64,000 bases of DNA, taken from positions 488,907 to 552,906 of the forward strand of contig CAWGDK010000005.1 of assembly GCA_963821385.1 (NCBI GenBank), written 5' to 3'. A model generated the notes under the pieces. The model did no database searches and was not told where the DNA came from. It was given only the letters and a program-made list of their open reading frames with translations. Below, piece after piece: positions 10,034 through 20,431 of the stretch. Both the position numbers and the translations under genes were made by a program. The DNA comes from an uncultured Gemmatimonadales bacterium (lineage in GTDB: Bacteria > Gemmatimonadota > Gemmatimonadetes > Gemmatimonadales > GWC2-71-9). How positions within the stretch are numbered: the stretch's first letter is position 1; every line of letters begins with the position of its first letter.

Positions 10034-11979
10034 CGTGTGCCCTTCTTCCAATAGAGTCCGACCAGCATGAATAGCGCGAGGTACAGGAGTCCGGCACCTA
10101 CCGCGGCCACGGGATGATTCGACCAGAAGACCTGGAGCACGGTCGGGACTGTGCCGAGCGATGCGGGGAGAGAATCGACGCTGCCCTCGAGCGTGAGGGC
10201 CACGGACTGGGAATCGACCGCGACGTCCCGAACCGAGCCACGGAAACCGGGAAGGCGCAGGGCCTCCCCTTTCTTCAGTATGTGGGAAGGCCGGCCGGCA
10301 AGGGCGAAGCTGCCGCTGTCGATGGTCGAGACCACCTGGTCTGAGACCTGTTCCTCGTCCCGGTAGCGATTGACGTCCTCGAAGCTCACGCCGACGATGT
10401 CGAGCGGCACCAAGGGATGCGCGGCCGACGTTTCCACGAAGCCGAGCTCGAAATCGAGTGGTCCGTGCGTCGCGGCGAGCTGAATCTGGGCGATCGAGAA
10501 CGGGATCGTGTCCACCGGCTGGTCCTGGACGCTGACCGCGATCCTGCCGCTCACGGACACCGGGATGGACGGCATCGAGTCACCGATGGTCAGCTGCACC
10601 ACACCGACCGCCCCGGTTGGCTTCAGGGCGATCAGACTGCGGGCGGGGAGCTGTATTGGGTCGATGCTGATGCTGCCGCTATCCGGTCGGATCGCCTTCA
10701 GGTACAACGTCGGCGTGGCCACCGTGCGCGCCGGGATCTTGTCATGAGCTGGAAGCGAGACTTCGTCGAGCCCCGAGATCCCGAGCGATGCGAGATTCAG
10801 CGGTCGGTCCCACGGCGCCGCCTGAGTCCCCAGTCGGAGCCACACGCCTTGCGCCCGGAGCTCGGCACGAATCGGCGTGCTCGCGACCGGCGCCGAGCCT
10901 TTCCAAAACACGACCGCGCCCACGGCCAGGAGAAAGGCACCAAACATCGCGGCCAGAACCGTCGGGATTCCCGGCATGGACAACCGCCGGGGGATCGCGG
11001 CCCCTCCCCGCCCTTCGAGGGCGTCGATGAAGTCTTCGACGCGCTGAAAGCGCTCGGCGGGCTTTTTCGCCATCGCGCGACGCAGGGCCGCGGAGAGTGT
11101 CGCGGGAATTTCCGGCCGCAGCGTCCGTGGTTCGGGCACCGGCGTCGTCAGGTGCTGGTTCAGCACGGCGAAGATCGAATCGCCGCTGAACGGCAATTGT
11201 CCGGTGAACAACTGATAGGCGAGCACGCCCAGGGAGTAGATGTCCGAGCGCGAATCCAGGTTCGGATCCGAGACCGCCTGCTCGGGGCTCATGTAGAGCG
11301 GCGTCCCCATCACCATCCCGGTGGCGGTGAGGCCCACCCCGCCAGGCGTCTGCCCGGTTTTCGCGATGCCGAAATCCATCAGCAGCGGATGTCGCTTCGG
11401 CCCTTCGAGCATGATGTTGTCGGGCTTGATGTCGCGATGGACGAGCCCTACCGCGTGCGCGGCGGCGAGCGCGTCCCCGACGGCGCGCAGGATGACCGCG
11501 GCCTCGTCCAGGCTGAGTGTGCCGTGCTCGCGGAGATACTCGGTGAGCGTCTTCCCGGAGACGAACGGCATCACGAGGAAAATCAGCTCATCCTGCTCGC
11601 CGATCGAATAGATCGGAACGATGTTGGCGTGGCGCAGGGCCGCGAGGGCCTGGGCTTCCCGCTCGAACCGCTCCACGAACCCTTCGCTCGATACGAGCTC
11701 ACGGCGCAGCAGTTTGACGGCGACGTCGCGGCGCAGGCGCACGTCGCGGGCGCGGTACACCACGCCGAACCCTCCTTCGCCGAGCTTCGGGCCCAGCTCA
11801 AACCCCGCTCCGAGCGCGGCCTGGAGCCGGTCGCGGAGCGCGTCCTTCGCGGCCGTCACAGTGGGTTTCGGCTCGACCATGAGCGACGTGGGCAGGTCGG
11901 CTCCGCAGTGCGGGCAGTGAACCGAGTCCGCGGGGATCTCGCGGCTGCAGTTCGGGCAGGCCCGACTCACTTGGGGCAC
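10030..11979 (-). CDS. Hanks-type Ser/Thr protein kinase with N-terminal zinc ribbon, one TM helix and a ~280-aa extracytoplasmic domain
   Basis: ORF 10030..11979 (649 aa). Motifs: CPNCSREIPADSVHCPHCG, GEGGFGVVYRA, VAVKLL, HRDIKPDNIML, DFGIAK, SPEQ, and TM segment VLAAMFGAFLLAVGAVVFW. Confidence 0.9.
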   Translation of the reverse strand: MPQVSRACPNCSREIPADSVHCPHCGADLPTSLMVEPKPTVTAAKDALRDRLQAALGAGFELGPKLGEGGFGVVYRARDVRLRRDVAVKLLRRELVSSEGFVERFEREAQALAALRHANIVPIYSIGEQDELIFLVMPFVSGKTLTEYLREHGTLSLDEAAVILRAVGDALAAAHAVGLVHRDIKPDNIMLEGPKRHPLLMDFGIAKTGQTPGGVGLTATGMVMGTPLYMSPEQAVSDPNLDSRSDIYSLGVLAYQLFTGQLPFSGDSIFAVLNQHLTTPVPEPRTLRPEIPATLSAALRRAMAKKPAERFQRVEDFIDALEGRGGAAIPRRLSMPGIPTVLAAMFGAFLLAVGAVVFWKGSAPVASTPIRAELRAQGVWLRLGTQAAPWDRPLNLASLGISGLDEVSLPAHDKIPARTVATPTLYLKAIRPDSGSISIDPIQLPARSLIALKPTGAVGVVQLTIGDSMPSIPVSVSGRIAVSVQDQPVDTIPFSIAQIQLAATHGPLDFELGFVETSAAHPLVPLDIVGVSFEDVNRYRDEEQVSDQVVSTIDSGSFALAGRPSHILKKGEALRLPGFRGSVRDVAVDSQSVALTLEGSVDSLPASLGTVPTVLQVFWSNHPVAAVGAGLLYLALFMLVGLYWKKGTR

Positions 11980-12771
11980 GGCGTCGACGTTGGGATCAGC
12001 AGCAGGTACTCGCGCGCGAAGTTTCCACGGGGGCTCAAGGTGGCGGAGACTTTCAGCGAGTACAGTCCCGGCGCGGCGAGGTCCGCGCGCTTCAGGGAGA
12101 TGAGGATCGGGCTGCCGGCGGGATAAAAGCCACGGGCCAGCGGCTCGTCCTGCTTGATCACTCGGGTCTCGGCGCCGGTAGAGTCGAGCTGCGCCAGGCT
12201 CACCAGAACTTCGATCAGCCGGGTTTCAGTGGAGAACGCCACCTGGAGCGGGCCGCAGGACGTGGGCGCGCCCTTCTGGGTCACCGCGAGCGGCACATAG
12301 GCGACCCGTCGCCGTCCGGCGAGCGTGAGCCGGGTCCATCCCAAGCACGCCGAGGTCGCTGCGGGCGAGGCGTTCAGAGCTGAGGATGCGGTTGGGCCAG
12401 CGGTACATCGAGTCGCGCGGCGCGGCGCGCGTATCCATGCGGTAATAGCGTCCGGCCTTGATCGTCTCGGCGCGGAGCTGGATGCCGGAGTCAGGTTTCG
12501 CGGCCCAGCGGATGATGAGGGGATCGTCCGCGTTGAGATCGTATTTCTCGAACGTCTCCGTGAAGGACGAGAGGAACATCGTAGTACCAGCCACCTGACG
12601 GGCGTACACGCCTTCGCAGCGATCGCCCCGCGGCTGATAGCCGTTCACCGGGGCGGCGAGCTGCAACAAGTTGGAATCACACGGGAGCTTGGCCGGTGGG
12701 CTCTGCGCCAGGGCGCGGGACGCTGCCACTACAAGCCAGACCCCGATGGGCGCTGCGCGTCGGGGGATCAT
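11967..12771 (-). pseudogene. secreted hypothetical protein (first gene of the kinase operon), one frame disruption near 12335-12345
   Basis: ORFs 12226..12771 (signal peptide VWLVVAASRALAQ) and 11967..12344 join at ...SDLGVLGM/GWTRLTL. The stop overlaps the kinase start by 13 nt. No family recognised. Confidence 0.5.
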
Positions 12772-12829
12772 GCCGCGTGTTCCTTCTTTATATGTGTGAG
12801 GCGGTGAAGCTGGGGGATTATTCTGCGCG

Positions 12830-13462
12830 TCAAACCGGTGCTGCGCTAGGGGTCGGAGCTACACGGTGATTTGGGGATCGGTGTTGTGAAATTGCCGCAG
12901 CATCGCAACAGCTAGTTTCAGGTTGCCTCTGCACCCGGTAGTGCAGTTGGACCACACCATCTTCGAAACGTTCGACGGAGTGGAGATCCAGGGGCGCGTG
13001 GCGATGACGCCGCGCGATCAATGGGATGCCGTCCCCAATGAACACGGGGACCACGCTGACGACGAACTCGTCGATCGCCTGCGCGTCCAGAAACGAGGCG
13101 ATGATCTCGCCACCACCCATCAACCAGATATCCTTGCCAGGCTGCTCCCGCAGCCGGCTCACGTATGGGCCGATGGCATCGTGCACGAACTGCACGCCGG
13201 ACGGGGCGTCCGCCGGCCTCGGATGACGGGAGAACACGATGGTCGGATTCCCTGAGTCGAACTTCGCCCCCAAGCGGAGGCTCGCCTCGTAGGTCTTCCG
13301 GCCCAGCACCTTCGTGTCCACCGTCTTCATGAAGGCGTTCATGCCGTAAAAACCCTTCGGGGCCGGGCGGGACGTCAGCCATGCGAGATCGCCGTCAGGA
13401 CGCGCGATGTAGCCGTCGGCGCTGGTGCCGATGTGGACGATGACTCTGCGACGCTTCGTCAT
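12830..13462 (-). CDS. dihydrofolate-reductase-like protein (RibD C-terminal domain family)
   Basis: Last 210 aa of ORF 12830..14221, starting MTKRRRVIVHIGTSADGYIARPDGDLAWL. Further motifs: VLGRKTYE, GKDIWLMGGGEIIASFL, IDEFVVSVVPVFIGDGIPL. The ATG forms an ATGA overlap with the upstream kinase stop. Confidence 0.75.
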   Translation of the reverse strand: MTKRRRVIVHIGTSADGYIARPDGDLAWLTSRPAPKGFYGMNAFMKTVDTKVLGRKTYEASLRLGAKFDSGNPTIVFSRHPRPADAPSGVQFVHDAIGPYVSRLREQPGKDIWLMGGGEIIASFLDAQAIDEFVVSVVPVFIGDGIPLIARRHRHAPLDLHSVERFEDGVVQLHYRVQRQPETSCCDAAAISQHRSPNHRVAPTPSAAPV

Positions 13463-15399
13463 GCGGGCGTCGGCGTTCGCGCCGCGCCGAGCCGGCGACC
13501 GGCGAGGCCCTCGACTTCCTGCTGCGCCTCCGCGAGTCGATTCACGTCCTCGCCAATGAGGCGCGCGGCGTCCATCAGCGTCGTGAGCGGCGCGAGATCG
13601 GCGGCGCCCGCGTGCAGGCGGAGCAGGTCGAGACGGATGCCCTCGAGCGCGGCGACGCTCTCGGCGAGGTGCGCCGCCGCCGCTTTCGCGCCGCGCAGTC
13701 GAGCACCTCGGCGCCGCCCGACTCGGACGGCGCGAGCGCGGCGACCACCTCGATCTCCGCGCGCGCCTCGGCGGCGCGGGCCTCGAGCGCCGCGACGATC
13801 GCCGGCAGCTCGGCCAAGCTGCTCCCGGTACTCCTTCGGCAGCGCCGCGAACAGCTCCGCCGCGGCGACGCCGAGCGCTGCCTCGGTCGCGCGAAACGCG
13901 GACGCCCCCGCGAGCTGCGAGCGTTCCGGCGCGCCGAGCCGTCGGGCGAGCCACTCGCCCACGTCGGCTGTTCCAGAGGCGCTCGCGGATCCCCGTCTGC
14001 CACCACTTGCGGAGCTCGGCGGGAATGAACTGCACGTCGAGCGCGTTGCTCACCGCTCCGAGCACCATGGTGCTGAGCACCGGTGCGAGGATCAACACGA
14101 TGTCGCCGCGGTTCTCGTGGATGACATCCAGCAGGACCAGCAACGAGGGTGACCGCGAGCCAGGTCGCCGAGCCGACCGTGGCGACTCGCAGGATCCGGT
14201 GCGCGGTGGGCTCATCCTCATCGCGAACGACCGCCTCGGTCTCGGCCCGCTCGCGCCGCGCGATCTCGAGCGCCGCCCGCAGGTCGGCGAGGGTGTGTCC
14301 GGCGCGGAACTGCCGGCGCGCCTGGTTGAGGTGGAAACCGACGATCGGTACGAGCGGCAACGAGGCGATCGCGGCGAGGAGCACGATGTCTGCCGGCCCG
14401 TCGGGCCGCTTGCCGGTCAGCCAGCCGGCGAGGTTGCCCAGGGTCAGAGTACCGAACACTCCGGACCACGCCATGTACGGGACGAGGAGCGGATTCCGCG
14501 CGCCGAGCCAGGCGCGCAGCGTGGGCGGCAGCGCGGGCCGCGCGTCAGGCGCCGGGGCGAGCGCCTCCGCCAGCGCCTCGCCGTCGGCGAATCGGCCGGC
14601 GGGATCGCGCGCGAGGCACCGGTCGATCGCCGCGCCGAGCGCGGGCGGCAGCCCGGGCGCGGCGCGCATCACGCTCGGCGGCGCCTCGGTCGCCTGGCGC
14701 ACGAGCAGCGCGGGCAGGTTGGCCGACTCGAATGGCAGACGGCCGCTCACCGCGAGATAGCCGACCACGCCGAGCGCGTAGATGTCGCTGCGTCCGTCGA
14801 CGGCTCGCTCGCGGCCTGCTCGGGACTCATGAAGTGCGCGGTCCCCATGATCTTCCCCGGGTCGGTCGCGGACGCGGCGATCGCCGCCGCCGTGCGCGAT
14901 GCCGAAGTCGGTCACCAGCGCGCGGCCCGTGCCCGCCTCGAGCAGGATGTTGTCCGGCTTCACGTCGCGGTGCACGATGCCGCGTCCGTGCGCGTAGGCG
15001 AGCGCCCACGCCACCTCGCGCAGCACGCGCGTCGCGTCGGCCGGCGGGAGCGGACCGCGCGTGCGGAGTCGCTCGCCGAGCGTCTCGCCCTCCACGTAGC
15101 TCATGACGAAGAAGACGAAGCCGCCCGCTTCGCCGACGCGATGGATCGGGACGATGTGCGGGTGCGAGAGGCCGGCCGCCGTGCGGGCCTCGCGCACGAA
15201 CCGCTCGCGCGCCGCGGCGGTGCGGGCGAGGTGGGTCGGGCAGGACCTTGATGGCGACGTCGCGATCGAGCTGCACGTCGCGCGCGAGGTAGACCACCCC
15301 CATGCCGCCACGGCCGAGCTCGCGCTGGAGCGAGTACTCACCGGCCAGGGCGGCCTGCAGGTCGAGGAACTCGGCGGAGGGATGCGTCACACTATTCAC
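13459..15399 (-). pseudogene. Hanks-type Ser/Thr protein kinase with a membrane-anchored C-terminal region, at least 5 frame disruptions
   Basis: Pieces are in ORFs 14827..15681 (YSLQRELGRGGMGVVYLARDVQLDRDVAIKVL), 13575..15341 (HPHIVPIHRV, HRDVKPDNILL, TDFGIA, DGRSDIYALG), 12830..14221 and 13459..13962 (C-terminal coiled region). The activation-loop segment is out of frame. Confidence 0.8.
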
Positions 15400-15805
15400 C
15401 GACACCGGGTCCGAGCGGCTTGCCGATCTCCCAATGATGCCCGAAGGGGTCGACCACTCGGCCCATGAGCCATCCATACGCTTCGTGCACCGGCCACACT
15501 TCTCGTGCTCCGGCAGCCAGCGCCTGAGCCTGATAGGCCTTGGGGTCTTCCACCACCAGGACGAAGCGAGCGGTTGCGCCGCCCAGGGTCTCCGGGCTGA
15601 AGTTCTGATGCGGTGGCGACTCATCCGCGACCCAGAACTTCGCGCCCTGGACGGCCAGTTGCGCCACGACCGAGCCGCCATCCTCGATCTTGAACAATTC
15701 GATTGCCCCGAACGCCGCCTTGTAGAACGCCACGGCGTCGGCGCCGCGACGCACCGACAGCATCGGCGCTAGACCGCGAACGGCATTGTCAGGAGCTCGT
15801 GGCAT
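15392..15805 (-). CDS. VOC-family protein (PhnB-like glyoxalase fold)
   Basis: ORF 15392..15805 (137 aa). Motifs: DAVAFYKAAFGA ... FVLVVEDP ... GRVVDPFGHHWEIG. Confidence 0.75.
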   Translation of the reverse strand: MPRAPDNAVRGLAPMLSVRRGADAVAFYKAAFGAIELFKIEDGGSVVAQLAVQGAKFWVADESPPHQNFSPETLGGATARFVLVVEDPKAYQAQALAAGAREVWPVHEAYGWLMGRVVDPFGHHWEIGKPLGPGVGE

Positions 15806-15812
15806 ACGACAC

Positions 15813-16211
15813 TCAACCTATTCTCTGAGGACGCGAGCGGACGACGAGCCCTGTTCCGAGTGCGCTACAGAGGCCGAACGCGACCGCGACGATGGCGATG
15901 CCCGAACGGGCGGTTGCGCCCAGCAGGATGGCTGCCGCGGCCGCACACGCGGCGGCCGCGATCGTCGCCATTCCGATCCGTGCGCGGCTCGGGATCGTTG
16001 CTGAGCCTGACCGGAGCAAGACGCCGGCGGCACAGAGTGTGGACACGGCTGCCATCCACAAATATCGCGTGTCGTGCCCCGTGGCGAGCAGCCGGATGCT
16101 GGCGAAAGCAAACGGCACCGCGGGCGCGCCCTGAGTAGCGCCCAAGACAGGGCTTTGCCACAGAAGCAAGGCCGCAAGCCCTACCACAGTGCCGAACATC
16201 TCCGCTCTCAC
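15813..16211 (-). CDS. hypothetical integral membrane protein (4 predicted TM helices)
   Basis: ORF 15813..16211 (132 aa), hydrophobic throughout. It lies immediately upstream of the VOC/kinase/DHFR-like genes on the same strand. Confidence 0.45.
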   Translation of the reverse strand: MRAEMFGTVVGLAALLLWQSPVLGATQGAPAVPFAFASIRLLATGHDTRYLWMAAVSTLCAAGVLLRSGSATIPSRARIGMATIAAAACAAAAAILLGATARSGIAIVAVAFGLCSALGTGLVVRSRPQRIG

Positions 16212-16453
16212 CGTAAGGAGAAATCAACAGGTATCTGAGCAAGAACCCGCACAGGAGGTGCTCGTTGGTGGCGGCGCCTTTGCCGGGAGCGGTGGGGCCG
16301 GGCTAGGCCCTCCCGGTTTGTGGGCGCAGTGTAAGGCGCCGAGTGCAACGAGCAGGAGTCCGGGTCGGCGTGAGGTCACGGTCAATACCTGTTTGGCAGA
16401 CCTAACGAATTGCGCACGACGCGGCGACCAGCGCCACATATCCAGGCATGAGG

Positions 16454-16747
16454 TCAGCGAAGTCGCATGGTTCCGGTCACCTCGACGACCACGCGGTAGC
16501 CCTCCAGGCGAAGTGGGATTCTGGCTTTGCTGTAAGGGTAGGAGTCGGCCACAAAAACCTTGATGCAACGCTCGCCCTCGCACAACCCGATGGCGGTTCC
16601 CACGACGCCCGGCAGCGCCAGCAGGGAGTCGGTGTGCGCGGCGAGCACTTCGTCGATGCTCCTGGCGGGCACGGTGTCACTCCTCCCCTTCCCGGAACAG
16701 GCGGCGCATGCGACAGCAAGCAACAGCGTCGCCAGCCTGCGTCGCAT
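16454..16747 (-). CDS. small lipoprotein paralogous to the N-terminal pro-region of the adjacent S1 protease
   Basis: ORF 16454..16747 (97 aa) with lipobox LLAVACAAC. Its HTDSLLALPGVVGTAIG...IKVFV...IPLRLEGYRVVVEVTG aligns with HTDALLAIAGVVGTAVT...MLVLV...IPVARLVTG of ORF 16747..19803. It forms a TGATG overlap with the protease stop. Confidence 0.6.
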   Translation of the reverse strand: MRRRLATLLLAVACAACSGKGRSDTVPARSIDEVLAAHTDSLLALPGVVGTAIGLCEGERCIKVFVADSYPYSKARIPLRLEGYRVVVEVTGTMRLR

Positions 16748-19700
16748 CAGGGACGCTTCACGATAATCGAAAACCCATTACTGCTCCCATCCGGATCGTG
16801 ATTGGCGGACGCGTTGTACACGTAGCCTGAGCGCGTCAGGCTCGTCACCGCGAATGAGACCATCGCGGTCGATAACGGGATGGCCGACAGCACGACGTTA
16901 CACGTTCCATTGCTGCCCGTGGTGCACTGGACCGTAGAGCCCGATCCGTTCCAGTTGCCACGCACGACCGCCCCGCTGCGCAGGCTGTGCTTCCAGTCGT
17001 GCGCCGTGATCGTCACCGTCGCCCGCCAGGTGCTCGAGCGACTCGCCGAGGCATTGAGATTCCCCACGTGAATACTGGGCGCGCTCACCGTAATACCGAT
17101 CGCGAGCGCGTTGTTGCTCGGGTCGTTGTCGGCCAGCTTCTGCGTCGCGATCAGGATGTGCCCGCCGGTCGTCGCCCCGGTGGTGTTCCAGTTGAACGTG
17201 ACCGTGGCGACGGCCCCCACGCCGAGTCCCGTGATCGACTGGGTGCCGACCACCACGCCGCCCGCCGACCCGTCGGTCAACACGACGTCAAAGCTCGACG
17301 CGACGGCCTGTCCGCCCACGTTTCGCACCGTGACCTGGACGGGGGCGATGCCACCCTGGACGACCTGCGCCGGCGCCGAAATGTCGGTCAGGGCGAGATC
17401 GGTCATGGGCGCCGCAATGGTGACCGTCGTCGAGGCCTGATTATTGGCGGGATTGCTGTCGACCAGATTGTGGCTCGCCACGATCGTATGACCGCCCAAC
17501 GCGGCATTGGTCGTGTTCCAGCTGAAGCTCAAGCTCGTGGCGGCACCCGCGCCGATCCCGGCGACCGTTTGCGTGCCGAGTGTCACCCCGGCGGTCTGGT
17601 CCGTCAGCGCGACGGCGAAGCTCGAGCCGACACCCTGCCCGCCCACGTTCTGGACCGTGACGCCGATCGTAGCCGCGCTCCCCTGGGGCACGGACGACGG
17701 GGCGTTCACGCTCACCGCGACATCGGCCGTGGGTGCCACGGGCCCGGGCTTCACGATGATGCCGATCCCCAGGGCGTTGTTGGCCGAGTTGTCGTCGGCC
17801 AGCTTCTGCGTCGCGAACAGGATGTGCCCAACGGTGTCCGCGCCGGCGGTGTTCCAGGGAAAATCGAGCATGGTCGAGACGCCGACCGCGAGCCCGGGGA
17901 CCGACTGCGTGCCGAGTATCACGCCCCCGGCCGTCCCGTCGGTGAGGACGACGTTGAAGGTCGACGTGACATCGACCTCTCCCACGTTTTTCACAGTGAC
18001 GACCACGTGCGCGGTGTCGCCCTGATTCACCCGGGCGGGCGCCGTGATGTCGAACAGCGCGATGTCGGTGGGTTTTGGATTCACACTGACGGCCGTCGAG
18101 CGCTGGTTGTTGGCGGCGTTGTCGTCGGTCAGGTCGTGGCTCGCCGTGAGCGTATGCGACCCCGTGGCGGCGCCCGTCGTGTTCCAGGTGAAGCTGAGCG
18201 TGGTGGCGGCGCCCACGGCGAGCCCAGCGACCGTTTGCGTACCGAGGGTGACGCCGGCCGTAGCATCCCGGAGGGTGACGACGAAGTTGCCCGTCACGGT
18301 CTGGTTGCCGACGTTGCCCACCGACACGGAGACCGTGGCCGTGTGCCCCACGATCACCGGACCGGATGAGCTCATGGCGGTCACCGCGACGTCGGTGACC
18401 GGGGGGTTCACGGGGATCGTCGTCGAGCGCTGGTCGTTGGTGGCCCGGTCGTCGGTCAGACTGTGGGTCACCACCAGGAGGTGGTCACCGCTCGTGGCCG
18501 GCGTCCACGGATAGGTCAGCGTGAGCCCCAAGCCGGCGGCGAGGCTCGCCACGTGCTGCGTGGCGACCGTCAGCTGTGCCGTCGAATCGCGCAGCGTGAC
18601 GTCGAAGGGTGACGTCACGTCCTGGTTGCCGACGTTCTTCACCAGGACGGTGACGCTGGTGGTGCTGCCCTGCACTACCGCGCTGGGCCCGCTGATGCCG
18701 GTGACGGCGACGTCGGTCAGGGGGCCGGGTGGCGGTGGGGCAAAACCATCGATCGCGACGCCGAAGCGAAGCAGGACGAGATCGATCCGGTTGGCGATGG
18801 TCACCGAGGAGCTGCCGGCGAAGAGCAGCGCCACCGGCTGCAGATTCCCGTCGTCGGTCACGATGAGGGAGCCTGAGTCCCCGCCACCGGAAAACGGTCC
18901 CGGCGCAATGATGATCTGGTCGACGTAGCGGGCGATCTTGGTACAATCGATCCCAATCACCTCGTAGCACACCGAGACCGTCGCATTGACGCCGGTGATC
19001 TGCCCGTGCGTCAGGTGGGTGGTGCGGCCGTACTTCTGCACGTTGAGGCCGAGCAGTGCGTTGCGGTCATCGAACAGGCCGTCGCCGTTCGCATCGCCGT
19101 AGATGGTCGCGTTCGGCAGGCCGTAGCCGTCGTCCGCGGGCGTGGCGTTGTCCAGCACGCTCACGTCGGACAGCGCAATCGCGGCATCGATGGTGTTGTT
19201 GGCGGTGCTCGTGAACGTGATGGTCTGGAAGTCGGTGAGGGTGCCGATCTGGTCGGCGGCGGTGCCGCCGTCGAACGGCCCCGGCTGATACTCGGGGTCG
19301 CCGATGGTGGCGCCGTTGGAGTTCGCCAGGACGTGATTGTTGGAGAGGATGTACACTCGTCCGAGCGCGTCCCGCGCGCGCGCGCCGATCGTGCCGGCGG
19401 TGATCGCGGGATGGCCCACCGAGAAGCCCGTGGGCGCCGGCCGCTGGCGTTTGGTGGGATCGCTGAACGCCATGATCCGACCGGTGACCAGGCGTGCCAC
19501 CGGGATGTCATCGAGCGTCTGCGGCACGCCGGCGACGTCCGGGCGTTCCACGAGGACCAGCATCCCGGCGCGTCCATCCGGGAGCCGCGTGACCGCCGTC
19601 CCCACGACACCGGCGATGGCGAGCAGGGCGTCGGTGTGTCGCTGCTGGGCCGCCATGGCGAGCCCAAAATCCGGAGTGCTGAGTGGTGGCGGCGTCTGAG

Positions 19701-19803
19701 GGCCGGCGGGGGGACCACCGTCGGCGCACGAGTTCCAAACGCCCAAGGCGGCGCCGATCAGAACGACGATGGCAGCGCGCTGCAACGAACGGATGGCGAC
19801 CAT
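16747..19803 (-). CDS. secreted chymotrypsin-fold (S1) serine protease with pro-region, five CARDB repeats and a C-terminal beta-sandwich-like domain
   Basis: ORF 16747..19803 (1018 aa). Motifs: signal peptide, LSNNHVL (His), IDAAIAL (Asp), GGGDSGSLIV (Ser). Five ~110-aa repeats of the form TDVAVT..VxVxNVGNQxV...DDxxxNNxxS are typical of CARDB. Confidence 0.85.
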   Translation of the reverse strand: MVAIRSLQRAAIVVLIGAALGVWNSCADGGPPAGPQTPPPLSTPDFGLAMAAQQRHTDALLAIAGVVGTAVTRLPDGRAGMLVLVERPDVAGVPQTLDDIPVARLVTGRIMAFSDPTKRQRPAPTGFSVGHPAITAGTIGARARDALGRVYILSNNHVLANSNGATIGDPEYQPGPFDGGTAADQIGTLTDFQTITFTSTANNTIDAAIALSDVSVLDNATPADDGYGLPNATIYGDANGDGLFDDRNALLGLNVQKYGRTTHLTHGQITGVNATVSVCYEVIGIDCTKIARYVDQIIIAPGPFSGGGDSGSLIVTDDGNLQPVALLFAGSSSVTIANRIDLVLLRFGVAIDGFAPPPPGPLTDVAVTGISGPSAVVQGSTTSVTVLVKNVGNQDVTSPFDVTLRDSTAQLTVATQHVASLAAGLGLTLTYPWTPATSGDHLLVVTHSLTDDRATNDQRSTTIPVNPPVTDVAVTAMSSSGPVIVGHTATVSVSVGNVGNQTVTGNFVVTLRDATAGVTLGTQTVAGLAVGAATTLSFTWNTTGAATGSHTLTASHDLTDDNAANNQRSTAVSVNPKPTDIALFDITAPARVNQGDTAHVVVTVKNVGEVDVTSTFNVVLTDGTAGGVILGTQSVPGLAVGVSTMLDFPWNTAGADTVGHILFATQKLADDNSANNALGIGIIVKPGPVAPTADVAVSVNAPSSVPQGSAATIGVTVQNVGGQGVGSSFAVALTDQTAGVTLGTQTVAGIGAGAATSLSFSWNTTNAALGGHTIVASHNLVDSNPANNQASTTVTIAAPMTDLALTDISAPAQVVQGGIAPVQVTVRNVGGQAVASSFDVVLTDGSAGGVVVGTQSITGLGVGAVATVTFNWNTTGATTGGHILIATQKLADNDPSNNALAIGITVSAPSIHVGNLNASASRSSTWRATVTITAHDWKHSLRSGAVVRGNWNGSGSTVQCTTGSNGTCNVVLSAIPLSTAMVSFAVTSLTRSGYVYNASANHDPDGSSNGFSIIVKRP
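17090..18730. repeat. tandem ~330-bp coding repeats (5 CARDB units; units 2/4 and 3/5 are most similar, implying a two-unit duplication)
   Basis: Seen in the protein repeats of ORF 16747..19803. Long shadow ORFs on the opposite strand (16987..18369, 17507..18025 and others) are a by-product. Confidence 0.7.
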
Positions 19804-19886
19804 GGCGACCCCCGCGTGATAATGAGCCTGCCGGACCGACTCGGCAAGTTCAACAACGGGCGATCACCCCGGTGTGATGTGCGTTA

Positions 19887-20204
<318 letters not shown>

Positions 20205-20399
20205 TCAGGCAGGCCGAATCGCGACATTCCTGGCGAGGGTCTTGATCCGGTCTCCGTTTCGCTGCACCACGGTGATGGTGACTTGACCCGTCTTGCTGGT
20301 CTTGATGTCCCTCACGACGCCCGATTTGCCGGCATGTGTCCCGCCGATGACCTGGCAGTGGGCGCCGTCTCTCAGCTTGCCTGGTGCCTTTGACTTCAT
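20205..20399 (-). CDS. small KOW-motif protein (64 aa)
   Basis: C-terminal 64 aa of ORF 20205..20591, from the ATG at 20399: MKSKAPGKLRDGAHCQVIGGTHAGKSGVVRDIKTSKTGQVTITVVQ. Confidence 0.5.
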   Translation of the reverse strand: MKSKAPGKLRDGAHCQVIGGTHAGKSGVVRDIKTSKTGQVTITVVQRNGDRIKTLARNVAIRPA

Positions 20400-20431
20400 G
20401 CGTGTCGCTCCACCATTCGTTTGGAGGCTGG

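Noticed and set aside
7862-12126. Very long plus-strand ORFs (7862..10054, 730 aa; 10417..12126, 569 aa) opposite the RCC1, protease and kinase genes.
   Set aside because: Their translations are Arg/Gly/Pro/Asp-rich low-complexity sequence with no motifs. They are codon-aligned shadows of clearly recognisable minus-strand genes, as expected in ~70% GC DNA. The same applies to 16987..18369, 22074..23768, 27727..29016, 29159..30625, 43638..44828, 45789..46511, 50564..51745 and 51899..53125.
12830-14221. A 463-aa ORF that looks like one large protein.
   Set aside because: Only the last 210 aa (from the ATG at 13462) form a coherent DHFR-like protein. The upstream part is an out-of-frame read of the frameshifted kinase's C-terminal region.
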